Origin: a virus
DNA length: 40,006 bases
Reading direction: 5' to 3' (one strand)
IMG/VR virus record: IMGVR_UViG_3300007346_000006
Program-made: the position numbers and the translations under genes
In this document: positions 26,208-33,275 of the stretch, in pieces
How positions within the stretch are numbered: position 1 is the first letter of the stretch
How the letters are laid out: each line of letters begins with the position of its first letter
Notes under the pieces: model-generated
The model's input: only the letters and a program-made list of their open reading frames with translations
The model's database searches: none
What the model was told of the DNA's origin: nothing

Positions 26208-26401
26208 CACGCACTTGGAAACCTGTTCCGCCCACGCCGTTCTACCTGAGCAAACGCGCAGAGTGGTTTCGGCGTGAGGCGGAGAAAGCACTTCTGCGTG
26301 GAGAAAAGACAAACGCACATCATCTCACTATGCGAGCGCAGGAATACTCTGCGCTTGCTGGTGAACTAGAACTAGGAGATACACATGCCCAAACAAGTTG
26401 A
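26204..26401 (+). CDS. Hypothetical protein (65 aa from the ATGA-coupled start; the track ORF starts at 26195)
   Basis: The ATG at 26204 overlaps the upstream TGA. Confidence 0.6.
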   Translation: MTRTWKPVPPTPFYLSKRAEWFRREAEKALLRGEKTNAHHLTMRAQEYSALAGELELGDTHAQTS

Positions 26402-26504
26402 GTGCTACAAGTGTGGCACACAGATACATGTGAGTAGTAATGATATCGCGGAGCGATACTATTGCTACCCGTGTGCTATGAGTAAGTTAGGAGCAACACC
26501 ATGA
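26385..26504 (+). CDS. 39-aa zinc-ribbon miniprotein (below the ORF-track cutoff)
   Basis: My translation gives MPKQVECYKCGTQIHVSSNDIAERYYCYPCAMSKLGATP. GGAG lies 7 nt upstream. The stop overlaps the next ATG (ATGA). Confidence 0.55.
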   Translation: MPKQVECYKCGTQIHVSSNDIAERYYCYPCAMSKLGATP

Positions 26505-26833
26505 GAACGAAAAAATACACATGGGAAAATCTCGTGTGGGAAGAAGTGGGTGATGGACTACTTGAGTGTAGTGTGTCGCTCTATCCTGCCGAATACTTAC
26601 GCATAGAGGAAGGGTGGTCTATTGATGGTCCGGCACGCGTGACTCTCAAGTGGACACCTAGTAAGAAACACACACGCGTAGTGGTCAAACCGCTACCTGC
26701 GAGTGAGTTCAACATAGACGACCCACAAGAGTATCCATGCGCTTCGTGTGGTGCTGCTAGAAAGTCGCCATGTGTAGGTGATGACACACGCTGTATGTAT
26801 CGTGTGTTCTCATTCTCGGGTGGTGAGTTATGA
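26501..26833 (+). CDS. Hypothetical protein (110 aa) with a C-terminal Cys cluster
   Basis: ORF coupled on both sides. Contains CASCGAARKSPCVGDDTRC. Confidence 0.7.
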   Translation: MRTKKYTWENLVWEEVGDGLLECSVSLYPAEYLRIEEGWSIDGPARVTLKWTPSKKHTRVVVKPLPASEFNIDDPQEYPCASCGAARKSPCVGDDTRCMYRVFSFSGGEL

Positions 26834-27156
26834 AACTCGACCTACCTGTGTTCTCGAAACACCCTTCGTGTGCTGATGCTCTCGAACCCGACATGTGGTT
26901 TCCTGAGGAAAAGAGCGGTAAGTCTGGGCGTGGTTGGTCACACACGCCTAGCGCCGAGCTTGCGCGTGACATTTGTAGAGGTTGCGAAGCCTTTACTGAG
27001 TGTAAGGAATACGCGCTACAATTCCAAGACCTTGCTGGCATTTGGGCAGACCAAGATCGCCACGAGCGTTATGAGGAACAGATAAAGCGTGGCATTACGC
27101 CACGCCCCGTATGGAATACGATAGTCACGCAGAGTAGGAGGTTGCTAGATGAGTAA
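26830..27156 (+). CDS. whiB: WhiB-family Fe-S transcription factor
   Basis: Four Cys in WhiB spacing (C...CRGCEAFTEC = C-X2-C-X5-C), followed by GIWADQ in place of the G(V/I)WGG turn and a basic C-terminus. Confidence 0.8.
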   Translation: MKLDLPVFSKHPSCADALEPDMWFPEEKSGKSGRGWSHTPSAELARDICRGCEAFTECKEYALQFQDLAGIWADQDRHERYEEQIKRGITPRPVWNTIVTQSRRLLDE

Positions 27157-27256
27157 TCACGAATACGAAAGTGTTAGTGAACAGGTAAGGTTTATCGTGT
27201 GGTTAAGCCTTGCTACACTCATAAGTGTAGGCGCGATTATCGGTCTAGCACTTTAA
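27149..27256 (+). CDS. 35-aa membrane miniprotein (below the ORF-track cutoff)
   Basis: My translation gives MSNHEYESVSEQVRFIVWLSLATLISVGAIIGLAL. GGAGG lies 8 nt upstream. It is the last ORF before the terminator. Confidence 0.5.
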   Translation: MSNHEYESVSEQVRFIVWLSLATLISVGAIIGLAL

Positions 27257-27268
27257 CTTCTACTCGGA

Positions 27269-27305
27269 AGCCCTACGCGTGTGTGGCGCGTGGGGCTTTT
27301 TTTTT
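27269..27305 (+). terminator. Rho-independent terminator closing the plus-strand operon
   Basis: agccctacgcg-tgtgtgg-cgcgtggggct followed by nine T. Confidence 0.85.
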
Positions 27306-27426
27306 ATCCAACCTTGACCTGTCTTATGCTGACACGCGCAACCCGTGCAAGTCGCGTGTAATTGTTTCGCTGTATTTATATCTGACACGCGGTTGCGCTC
27401 ACCCGCCCACCTACAAGATTTACAAA

Positions 27427-27753
27427 TCATTTACGCTTAGCCCTACGCGTAGCACGATTACCTGATACGCGTGGATCACGCGTAGCGTTAGTTTGTGTCG
27501 GGCTCGCTAATTGACTGTCGTCAAGCGTGTCCTCAAGCCCAGCAAAGAGCGGTAAATCACGCACAGCCTTCGTGTATTGTTCCATATAATCGGACATGAC
27601 ATAAATTGTTGTTGATAATTCTCCAATGATATCCTGCGTGTTACGCAAAGCTTCTATAAAATCCGCATCTTGCGAATCAATCCAAGTCTGCTCCGTCAGT
27701 TTCTTCGATATCGTCTCGAACGATACTTTCACCTTCATCACGTTGTTGCTCAT
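27427..27753 (-). CDS. Hypothetical protein (108 aa from the ATG at 27753; the track ORF extends to 27801)
   Basis: GAGGAG lies 8 nt upstream of the ATG at 27753. Overlaps the acidic tail of the sigma factor gene. Confidence 0.6.
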   Translation of the reverse strand: MSNNVMKVKVSFETISKKLTEQTWIDSQDADFIEALRNTQDIIGELSTTIYVMSDYMEQYTKAVRDLPLFAGLEDTLDDSQLASPTQTNATRDPRVSGNRATRRAKRK

Positions 27754-28399
27754 TGACTTGCTCCTCTGTGTAATCTCTTTCCCTGCGTGGTCGTTTACCA
27801 CCCAAGAAGTTTATCAGGTTATTCATAGCGCGGTTCACGCGCATACGCGCAGCGTCCTGACTGATAGATAATTCCTTTGCTACTACCGCTATGTCAAAGT
27901 TGTCTGCGAAACGTAAGTAAATCAGGTTGTATTGTTCTTCAGGTAATTTCTCTAGTGCGTGCTGGATATCTGCCATCATAGCAAACCAATTACCACCCTC
28001 AGCAGCAACCTTCTTCGTGCTACTGAAGCCTAAATCTACGAGTGATGGTGCTACTAAATCTCCGCGCATTACCGCTGGAAGTAGTAGTTCTACCACCTCT
28101 CGATCGTAGTAGTATACGTCATCAACCTTGTACCCGACCGCGTTAGCCTTCTCTTTCTGACAGTAATCCTTAGCAGCATTACGCAACGAGCGCGCTATGA
28201 GCTTCGTTGATTGCTTGCCGTCAAGTGCTTCCCACACCTTCACCTTGTTAGGGTGTTCCAAGAACCATACCCAAAGTTCCTGCCTTATATCTTCGACAGG
28301 AACCATGTAGAACTTACGAGAAAACTCATACGCAATAGAAGCAACAAGATTCTCATAATGTTCTGTTATTACCACGCGTACACTTCTCCCTCTACGCAA
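27677..28399 (-). CDS. Sigma-70-family (ECF-like, regions 2 and 4) RNA polymerase sigma factor
   Basis: DIRQELWVWFLEH (region 2-like); LPEEQYNLIYLRFADNFDIAVVAKELSISQDAARMRVNRAMNNL (region 4 HTH). A GTG at 28375 with GGGAGAAG upstream is a plausible real start. Confidence 0.8.
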   Translation of the reverse strand: MRRGRSVRVVITEHYENLVASIAYEFSRKFYMVPVEDIRQELWVWFLEHPNKVKVWEALDGKQSTKLIARSLRNAAKDYCQKEKANAVGYKVDDVYYYDREVVELLLPAVMRGDLVAPSLVDLGFSSTKKVAAEGGNWFAMMADIQHALEKLPEEQYNLIYLRFADNFDIAVVAKELSISQDAARMRVNRAMNNLINFLGGKRPRRERDYTEEQVNEQQRDEGESIVRDDIEETDGADLD

Positions 28400-29133
28400 A
28401 AGGAACGACCAATAATTGGAACATTCACGGGTGTTACGTTCGATCGACGAACATACAATACCGTGAATCCTTGTTGCCAGTTAGCAGCACCTGTTGATAG
28501 GTAATCTGCTTTATTTAGATCCATTAAGTGACCTACTTCGACTCCGAAAAGTCTATTGGAGATTCGACCATTGTAACCGACGTGATAATGTTGGATTCCT
28601 TGGCGATGAGTGTGTCCACATACGACAGATAGTCCGATACGTCTTGCAAGGTTAAGCGCAGTTCCTCCCGCAGTTTGTAAAAGACTTCCCTCATCTCCGT
28701 GGGCAAGAGCCCATCCGGGCGCAAATTGCCAGATTTTATTGTGATAGGTAATATCAAGTTCATCGTATCGGAGCAACGCTTCATACTCCAATTCGCGCAA
28801 TCCTGCAAGTGCTGGAGCGTACTTGTCGATGTAGTTTCCGATTCTATCTCCATGATTACTCCTCATCACATGAAAAGGTTTATCACCTAATGCATTCTTG
28901 AAACCTTCCATAATATTAGATGTCTTATCAAGACCTGCCTGTAAAGTCTTTGAGTATTCTGCTGCTCGTCCCTTGTTCCATCGTGATGGTTCAGGGCTAT
29001 CAGCCTCATCACCTACGCAGTATACTTCATCAGGCTCGAAGTCCTCAATGAATTCTTGAAGCGTAGTGATGGCCCTGCCATCGTGACTAGGTGCTTGAAT
29101 ATCAGAAAGAACTACTATTTTCTTCAGTTTCAT
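28369..29133 (-). CDS. Calcineurin-like metallophosphoesterase
   Basis: VLSDIQAPSHD, VGDEADS, SNHGDR and VCGHTHRQ motifs in canonical order. Confidence 0.8.
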   Translation of the reverse strand: MKLKKIVVLSDIQAPSHDGRAITTLQEFIEDFEPDEVYCVGDEADSPEPSRWNKGRAAEYSKTLQAGLDKTSNIMEGFKNALGDKPFHVMRSNHGDRIGNYIDKYAPALAGLRELEYEALLRYDELDITYHNKIWQFAPGWALAHGDEGSLLQTAGGTALNLARRIGLSVVCGHTHRQGIQHYHVGYNGRISNRLFGVEVGHLMDLNKADYLSTGAANWQQGFTVLYVRRSNVTPVNVPIIGRSFCVEGEVYAW

Positions 29134-29450
29134 CGCTTACCTTTTTTCTTTGTAGGGGGTTTTTTCTTTGCTCTACGCTTGTTTTCTTTAGCGACATTAT
29201 CACTCTTACGTACTGCCCGAAGATTCGACGGGCGATCATCTCCACTACGTCCACCATTGTTTTTATGATCCACTTCTATATTTCGTGGTAGTGTTTTTCC
29301 TGTTCGCTTTTCGTATTCAACTCTTGCTTTGTTACTTGAAGTAGTAACAACAGTTCCATCTTTTTTCTTACGCTTGAACACATAGATCTTCCTACCACCG
29401 TTTTGTTTACTACCTTTGTATGGTCCGAATATCTTCATTCTTGGGGCCAC
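29130..29450 (-). CDS. HNH endonuclease with a basic tail (106 aa)
   Basis: EVDHKNNGGRSGDDRPSNLRAV, plus a Lys-rich C-terminus. Confidence 0.7.
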   Translation of the reverse strand: MAPRMKIFGPYKGSKQNGGRKIYVFKRKKKDGTVVTTSSNKARVEYEKRTGKTLPRNIEVDHKNNGGRSGDDRPSNLRAVRKSDNVAKENKRRAKKKPPTKKKGKR

Positions 29451-29776
29451 TTTCCTCTCAGTACCATCATCGATATGATGGAATAGTTTGCTAAGTCCTT
29501 GAAAGAATCCTCAAGAGATTCATTCTCAGGACTACTGCCCGAATCTATTAGATGGTTGATACGAGCAATCTTGTCGTGCATACGAACGCGGAGCCCATTA
29601 AGAGCTCCGCCCGGTGAGTGAGAAATATTCTTTGGTCCGTAGTCCTTGTGCTTCTTGAGTAGAAGGGAAGCCAACTCATCAGCAATATCTAGAACATCAA
29701 ATTCAAAGTTATCTGTGTCATCTAATAACTTGTACGCTTTCTCAGTAAGAGTCCACACTTCAGCACTACTTGTCAT
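29435..29776 (-). CDS. MazG-like / DUF1599-like all-alpha NTP-pyrophosphohydrolase-fold protein
   Basis: KKHKDYGPKNI...GLRVRMHDKIARINHL...DSFKDLANYSII pattern recalled from that family; not verified by search. Confidence 0.5.
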   Translation of the reverse strand: MTSSAEVWTLTEKAYKLLDDTDNFEFDVLDIADELASLLLKKHKDYGPKNISHSPGGALNGLRVRMHDKIARINHLIDSGSSPENESLEDSFKDLANYSIISMMVLRGKWPQE

Positions 29777-30128
29777 GCTTTTTACCTTCCTCTATAAGCA
29801 TCTTCTCTAAACCATTGTAAACTTCGTGCATCTCTGTGTGTACAAGTACTTCCTCCATGAAATCAGCAAGTAATCCCTCTCCTGCGTTCATAAAGACTAG
29901 AGCAGTGCTCTGCACGCATTCGTATGCATCTTGGTACTTGTTTTCCATAATCAAGTTATTGAGTGTTGATAGAAACTGAAACACATCAAATGTGTAGTTA
30001 CGAGTCAGACGTACGCCCCACTCGTATTGAACGTCGTTATGCCCAAGGAAGTCAAAGATATCTCTAAACTGGTCACCACAGTTACATTCATATCGACCAT
30101 CATGGTCAGGAATTAATGGCTTATCCAC
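29766..30128 (-). CDS. Hypothetical protein (120 aa)
   Basis: ORF overlapping both neighbours by a few nt. Confidence 0.7.
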   Translation of the reverse strand: MDKPLIPDHDGRYECNCGDQFRDIFDFLGHNDVQYEWGVRLTRNYTFDVFQFLSTLNNLIMENKYQDAYECVQSTALVFMNAGEGLLADFMEEVLVHTEMHEVYNGLEKMLIEEGKKHDK

Positions 30129-30747
30129 GTACGCTCGCTATCTTATTCTTAAAGAAATCAGGACCTTCCTGACGATACATTGAATTTACATCTTCTCCTT
30201 CAGGCATCTGAATCACAGTCAAACCTGAGAGTTCTCTTGCGAGAGACTTTGCGAACTCGTGTCCTGCGTTGTCTCCATCGGCAAATAAGAACACATTGTC
30301 AAAGTCAGCCAAGAGCCTAGTGTAATGCTTCTTCCAATTGTTAACACCTGGAACACCCACGGCAGGTAGGTTGCAGACAACATCGAGCGTGATGGTGTCA
30401 ATCTCACCTTCAGCAATACAAATGTATGAGCCCGCTCTGAAAAAAGCTCCGACATTATAGAGGCGAGTTGTTGCCCCACTAAGCCCCATGTACCTTGGCT
30501 CTTCATCTCCGAGCGCTCTAAAACGCAAGTCGACCACACCCGACCTAGTGAGGTACGGAATAGAGAGACGTCCTGAGTAAGCTTCATGACCCGTTAACGG
30601 ATCTAACACGACGCCCAAGCGAGCCTGACGTGCTTGCTCTAGAGAGATTCCCCGTTCTGCGAGGTATTCCTCCGCTTCGTGTATTGCGCTGTGGTAATAC
30701 TTTGCCGCTCGCGTTAAGGATTCTCTCTGCGATGCTGAGTGCTTCAC
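30121..30747 (-). CDS. dnaG: DNA primase, TOPRIM/catalytic part (second reading frame)
   Basis: ICIAEGEIDTITL and FLFADGDNAGHEFA (TOPRIM Glu and DxD). The upstream AAKYYHSAIHEAEEYLAERGISLEQARQARLGVV is typical primase linker sequence. The drawn start is a GTG. Confidence 0.8.
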   Translation of the reverse strand: MKHSASQRESLTRAAKYYHSAIHEAEEYLAERGISLEQARQARLGVVLDPLTGHEAYSGRLSIPYLTRSGVVDLRFRALGDEEPRYMGLSGATTRLYNVGAFFRAGSYICIAEGEIDTITLDVVCNLPAVGVPGVNNWKKHYTRLLADFDNVFLFADGDNAGHEFAKSLARELSGLTVIQMPEGEDVNSMYRQEGPDFFKNKIASVRG

Positions 30748-30958
30748 GAAACTGTACCCCTTCCTTGTTCATGATGAGTGAAAACCCATCTCCTTTTACT
30801 TGGCATGCGAAGCAACAGAATACACCTTCATCTGTATTCGCGCTAGCCGAATTATGTGTGTCATCGTGGAACGGACACTTCATAGAAAACCAACCACGAC
30901 GTGTTGGTACACGAGCACCATAGTGCTCTAAAATCGCTGATATATCAGGCTTTTCCAC
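30584..30958 (-). CDS. dnaG: DNA primase, CHC2 zinc-finger part (first reading frame)
   Basis: CPFHDDTHNSASANTDEGVFCCFACQVKGDGFSLI. The last ~40 aa are Arg/Ser-rich and look like out-of-frame read-through. Confidence 0.8.
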   Translation of the reverse strand: MEKPDISAILEHYGARVPTRRGWFSMKCPFHDDTHNSASANTDEGVFCCFACQVKGDGFSLIMNKEGVQFREALSIAERILNASGKVLPQRNTRSGGIPRRTGNLSRASTSGSLGRRVRSVNGS

Positions 30959-31292
30959 TATCTATTGCCTTTCGTAAGAGTTCTATCCATACTGATACAG
31001 GCATTGTAGCATACCAGTCAGCAGGGTTGCCTTTGCCCTTACGTTTGTGAATCACAGCACCAGTCCAAGCTTTAGCATTAACTGTTTCAACTTCTAGTTC
31101 TGCTAACCATCCAGCAAGATCTAATTTGGCATGGTTCTTAACTTCGATGCAGACACCATTGATGCCTGAGATATCTCCCTTATCAAGAGTAGCCCCCGCA
31201 AGCCTTCTTTCAGCATACGGGAACCACTCTTGCAGGTATTTAACTAAGTCACGTTCTGCTTGAGAACCCTTAATCTTTGACCTGCTTGACAT
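30945..31292 (-). CDS. PD-(D/E)xK nuclease, Holliday-junction-resolvase-like (115 aa)
   Basis: GSQAERDLVKYL...DKGDISGINGVCIEVKNH (D...E-x-K). Confidence 0.6.
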   Translation of the reverse strand: MSSRSKIKGSQAERDLVKYLQEWFPYAERRLAGATLDKGDISGINGVCIEVKNHAKLDLAGWLAELEVETVNAKAWTGAVIHKRKGKGNPADWYATMPVSVWIELLRKAIDSGKA

Positions 31293-31718
31293 TTAGTACC
31301 AACCATTCCTTTGCCAAAAAGCCCAGGCACGCTCAGGCGTACCATAGCGGTGAACGATGTACTTCAGTCCTTTATTCACTTGATATTCAATTGTAGAGTT
31401 ACGTGGTGTATTAAGTACCTGCGCTATTCCATACGCAGATGAGCGAGGATTCTTAGCCTTGTAGTTCCAGGCAGATTCCTTGCCCCATAGTTTTGCGAGT
31501 GCAGACCATTGACGATCTCCATTTTTGAACATTTCATTCACCCGATAACGAGCGAATATCTTTGCTTTAGTCTTGTGATCGATCGGTTGGATTGCGAACA
31601 GTTGCTTGCACCCAACCTCTTGGTGTGTCGATTTCACTAACCAAGCACCCACAGCGTGGGGCAAGGTAGCCACAAAAAGTGCAATCGCGGATAGCATTGA
31701 TACTGTTGTTAGTTTCAT
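31293..31718 (-). CDS. Secreted lysozyme-like transglycosylase (SLT/Apf-C-terminal type)
   Basis: Signal-peptide-like N-terminus (MKLTTVSMLSAIALFVATLPHAVGA). KESAWNYKAKNPRSSAYGIAQ...YIVHRYGTPERAWAFWQRNGWY. Confidence 0.7.
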   Translation of the reverse strand: MKLTTVSMLSAIALFVATLPHAVGAWLVKSTHQEVGCKQLFAIQPIDHKTKAKIFARYRVNEMFKNGDRQWSALAKLWGKESAWNYKAKNPRSSAYGIAQVLNTPRNSTIEYQVNKGLKYIVHRYGTPERAWAFWQRNGWY

Positions 31719-31951
31719 CTTTCCTCCGTTGGAGCGGTTGCTTGTGTTCCACAGTCAGCACACTCCATATCTAAGAAATACATCCCTATCGTACCATCCT
31801 CATCGAATGTTACTTTAAGGTTCCATAAGAAACTACCACACACACATACCGTGGTTGGTTTACCACGTATATCCATCGCCCGAGTGTAGTCAGGACGTAA
31901 CTCGGTTATGTCTTTCACTTGCTCTGCGTAACTATTTGTATAGGTAGGCAA
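31715..31951 (-). CDS. Zinc-ribbon protein (78 aa from the TTG; 67 aa if it starts at the GTG at 31918, which overlaps the upstream TGA)
   Basis: CVCG...CADCG pairs. GTGA coupling with the HslV-like gene. Confidence 0.6.
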   Translation of the reverse strand: MPTYTNSYAEQVKDITELRPDYTRAMDIRGKPTTVCVCGSFLWNLKVTFDEDGTIGMYFLDMECADCGTQATAPTEER

Positions 31952-32475
31952 GTGTTGATGTCAAGCCTACAGGAGATAGCAAGGGCTTTCTTCGCTATCA
32001 AAGTAGCAGCTTGAACTGACTTGATCTTCTTTGTATCCACCGAGTGGAGATACCCAAGAGCGAACGAGCCACCAGAGCCAGCAGCATAATAACCTGACTC
32101 TGTACATAAGAAGGACATATCATCACCTATAGAAAACAATTTACCATTGAATCCTAATAAATATTGGAATGAAATTTCCTTCTTATCTTCCCCTTCTAAG
32201 TCAAAGCCATTAACCTTAAAGGCTTCAAGCATAGAGGGAATAATAGATTTACCCATGAATTGAATCTCATCACCTTGTTTGTAGACAGGTGGATTCCAGT
32301 TGTAAGTCAAGATATCTCCCGGACGAGCATCGCCTGAGATACCTAAAATATATTTACCAATGCGTATAATCTTGGGTGTCTTGGGAGAGATGATGCGCTG
32401 GTTATCTTCGGTTATTTGCGAATCGGCTGCCATGACTATAAAGTCTTTGCCTTGTATTCCGACTATTGTTGTCAC
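31915..32475 (-). CDS. HslV / proteasome beta-subunit-like Ntn (Thr1) peptidase
   Basis: GTG start, then TTIVGIQGKDFIVMAADSQIT...PKTPKIIRIGKYILGISGDARPGD...YAAGSGGSFALGYL...AKKALAISCRLDINT, colinear with E. coli HslV (MTTIVSVRR...GDGQAT...KKVRRL...GFAGGTADA...AIGSGG...AEKALDIAGDI). GGGAG lies 7 nt upstream. Confidence 0.8.
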   Translation of the reverse strand: MTTIVGIQGKDFIVMAADSQITEDNQRIISPKTPKIIRIGKYILGISGDARPGDILTYNWNPPVYKQGDEIQFMGKSIIPSMLEAFKVNGFDLEGEDKKEISFQYLLGFNGKLFSIGDDMSFLCTESGYYAAGSGGSFALGYLHSVDTKKIKSVQAATLIAKKALAISCRLDINTCLPIQIVTQSK

Positions 32476-32486
32476 CAGCGCACTCC

Positions 32487-33272
32487 CTATACTCTCTCTA
32501 CGTCCGATACGTTCATTACTTCAGGATTGAATTGGAGCCAAAACGCATCTTCCCCTGAAGCGTTTGCCTTACCGTAACGATTCTTTACAGAGGCGACTGC
32601 CAAAAATCCTGGAGCATTTGAACCCACAGTCAGAATTAATGCTGGTAACTGAGCAACCATTCCCTGCAGCGCAGAGCGTGGTTGGCACGGATTTCCAGGA
32701 TATGACTCTTTCGTGTGGTGTAGTACTAGCACCGCAGCATTGGTGTCACGGGCTAGATATTTGAGTTCCTTAATGGTAGAACGCATGCCAGCGAATTCTT
32801 CTCCTGAATCGTTAGCAACATCCATTAAGTTATCGACAACGATGAGTGTAGGAGAGCATCCCCATAACTCCTCGAATGCCAATACTTCATTATCTAAATC
32901 AGCCAAAGTCGGGGCTGACTCAAAGGACCAAAAGATATGTCCTGATTGTTCGTTAATAATCTTTCGTGAGTTATCTACATCTTCAATTAACATCTGCTCT
33001 GCTTCTGTTTGGTTACGTCCAGTAATCATAGACAACAGTCGCATAGCCATCGTGTGAGCATTAGTATCCGCGCTAACGTATAGCGTTGGGACTTTTGATC
33101 TCAACGCTATCGCTAGTGCAAGTGTTGATTTGCCAACACCAGGAGTGCCAGCAATCATGGAGACTTCTGCTCGGCGTATTACAACCTTGTTGGTATCAAA
33201 GGTACGGAAAACCGTAGGTAACGGCTCACCGCCAATGTCTTTGCTACCAACAGCACGAGCAAGAGTTCTCAT
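32487..33272 (-). CDS. DnaB C-terminal/RepA-like RecA-fold ATPase (probable replicative helicase)
   Basis: Walker A GTPGVGKST, Walker B LIVVDNLMD, VLVLHHTKE (RepA/AAA_25-like). Confidence 0.75.
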   Translation of the reverse strand: MRTLARAVGSKDIGGEPLPTVFRTFDTNKVVIRRAEVSMIAGTPGVGKSTLALAIALRSKVPTLYVSADTNAHTMAMRLLSMITGRNQTEAEQMLIEDVDNSRKIINEQSGHIFWSFESAPTLADLDNEVLAFEELWGCSPTLIVVDNLMDVANDSGEEFAGMRSTIKELKYLARDTNAAVLVLHHTKESYPGNPCQPRSALQGMVAQLPALILTVGSNAPGFLAVASVKNRYGKANASGEDAFWLQFNPEVMNVSDVERV

Positions 33273-33275
33273 AGT

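Noticed and set aside
32487-33272. RecA-fold ATPase as the unfoldase partner of the adjacent HslV-like peptidase
   Set aside because: Its motifs (GTPGVGKST, VVDNLMD, LVLHHTKE) fit DnaB/RepA-type replicative helicases, and it sits with the primase and nucleases. It has no AAA+ signatures. Mentioned only as something a complex prediction could exclude.
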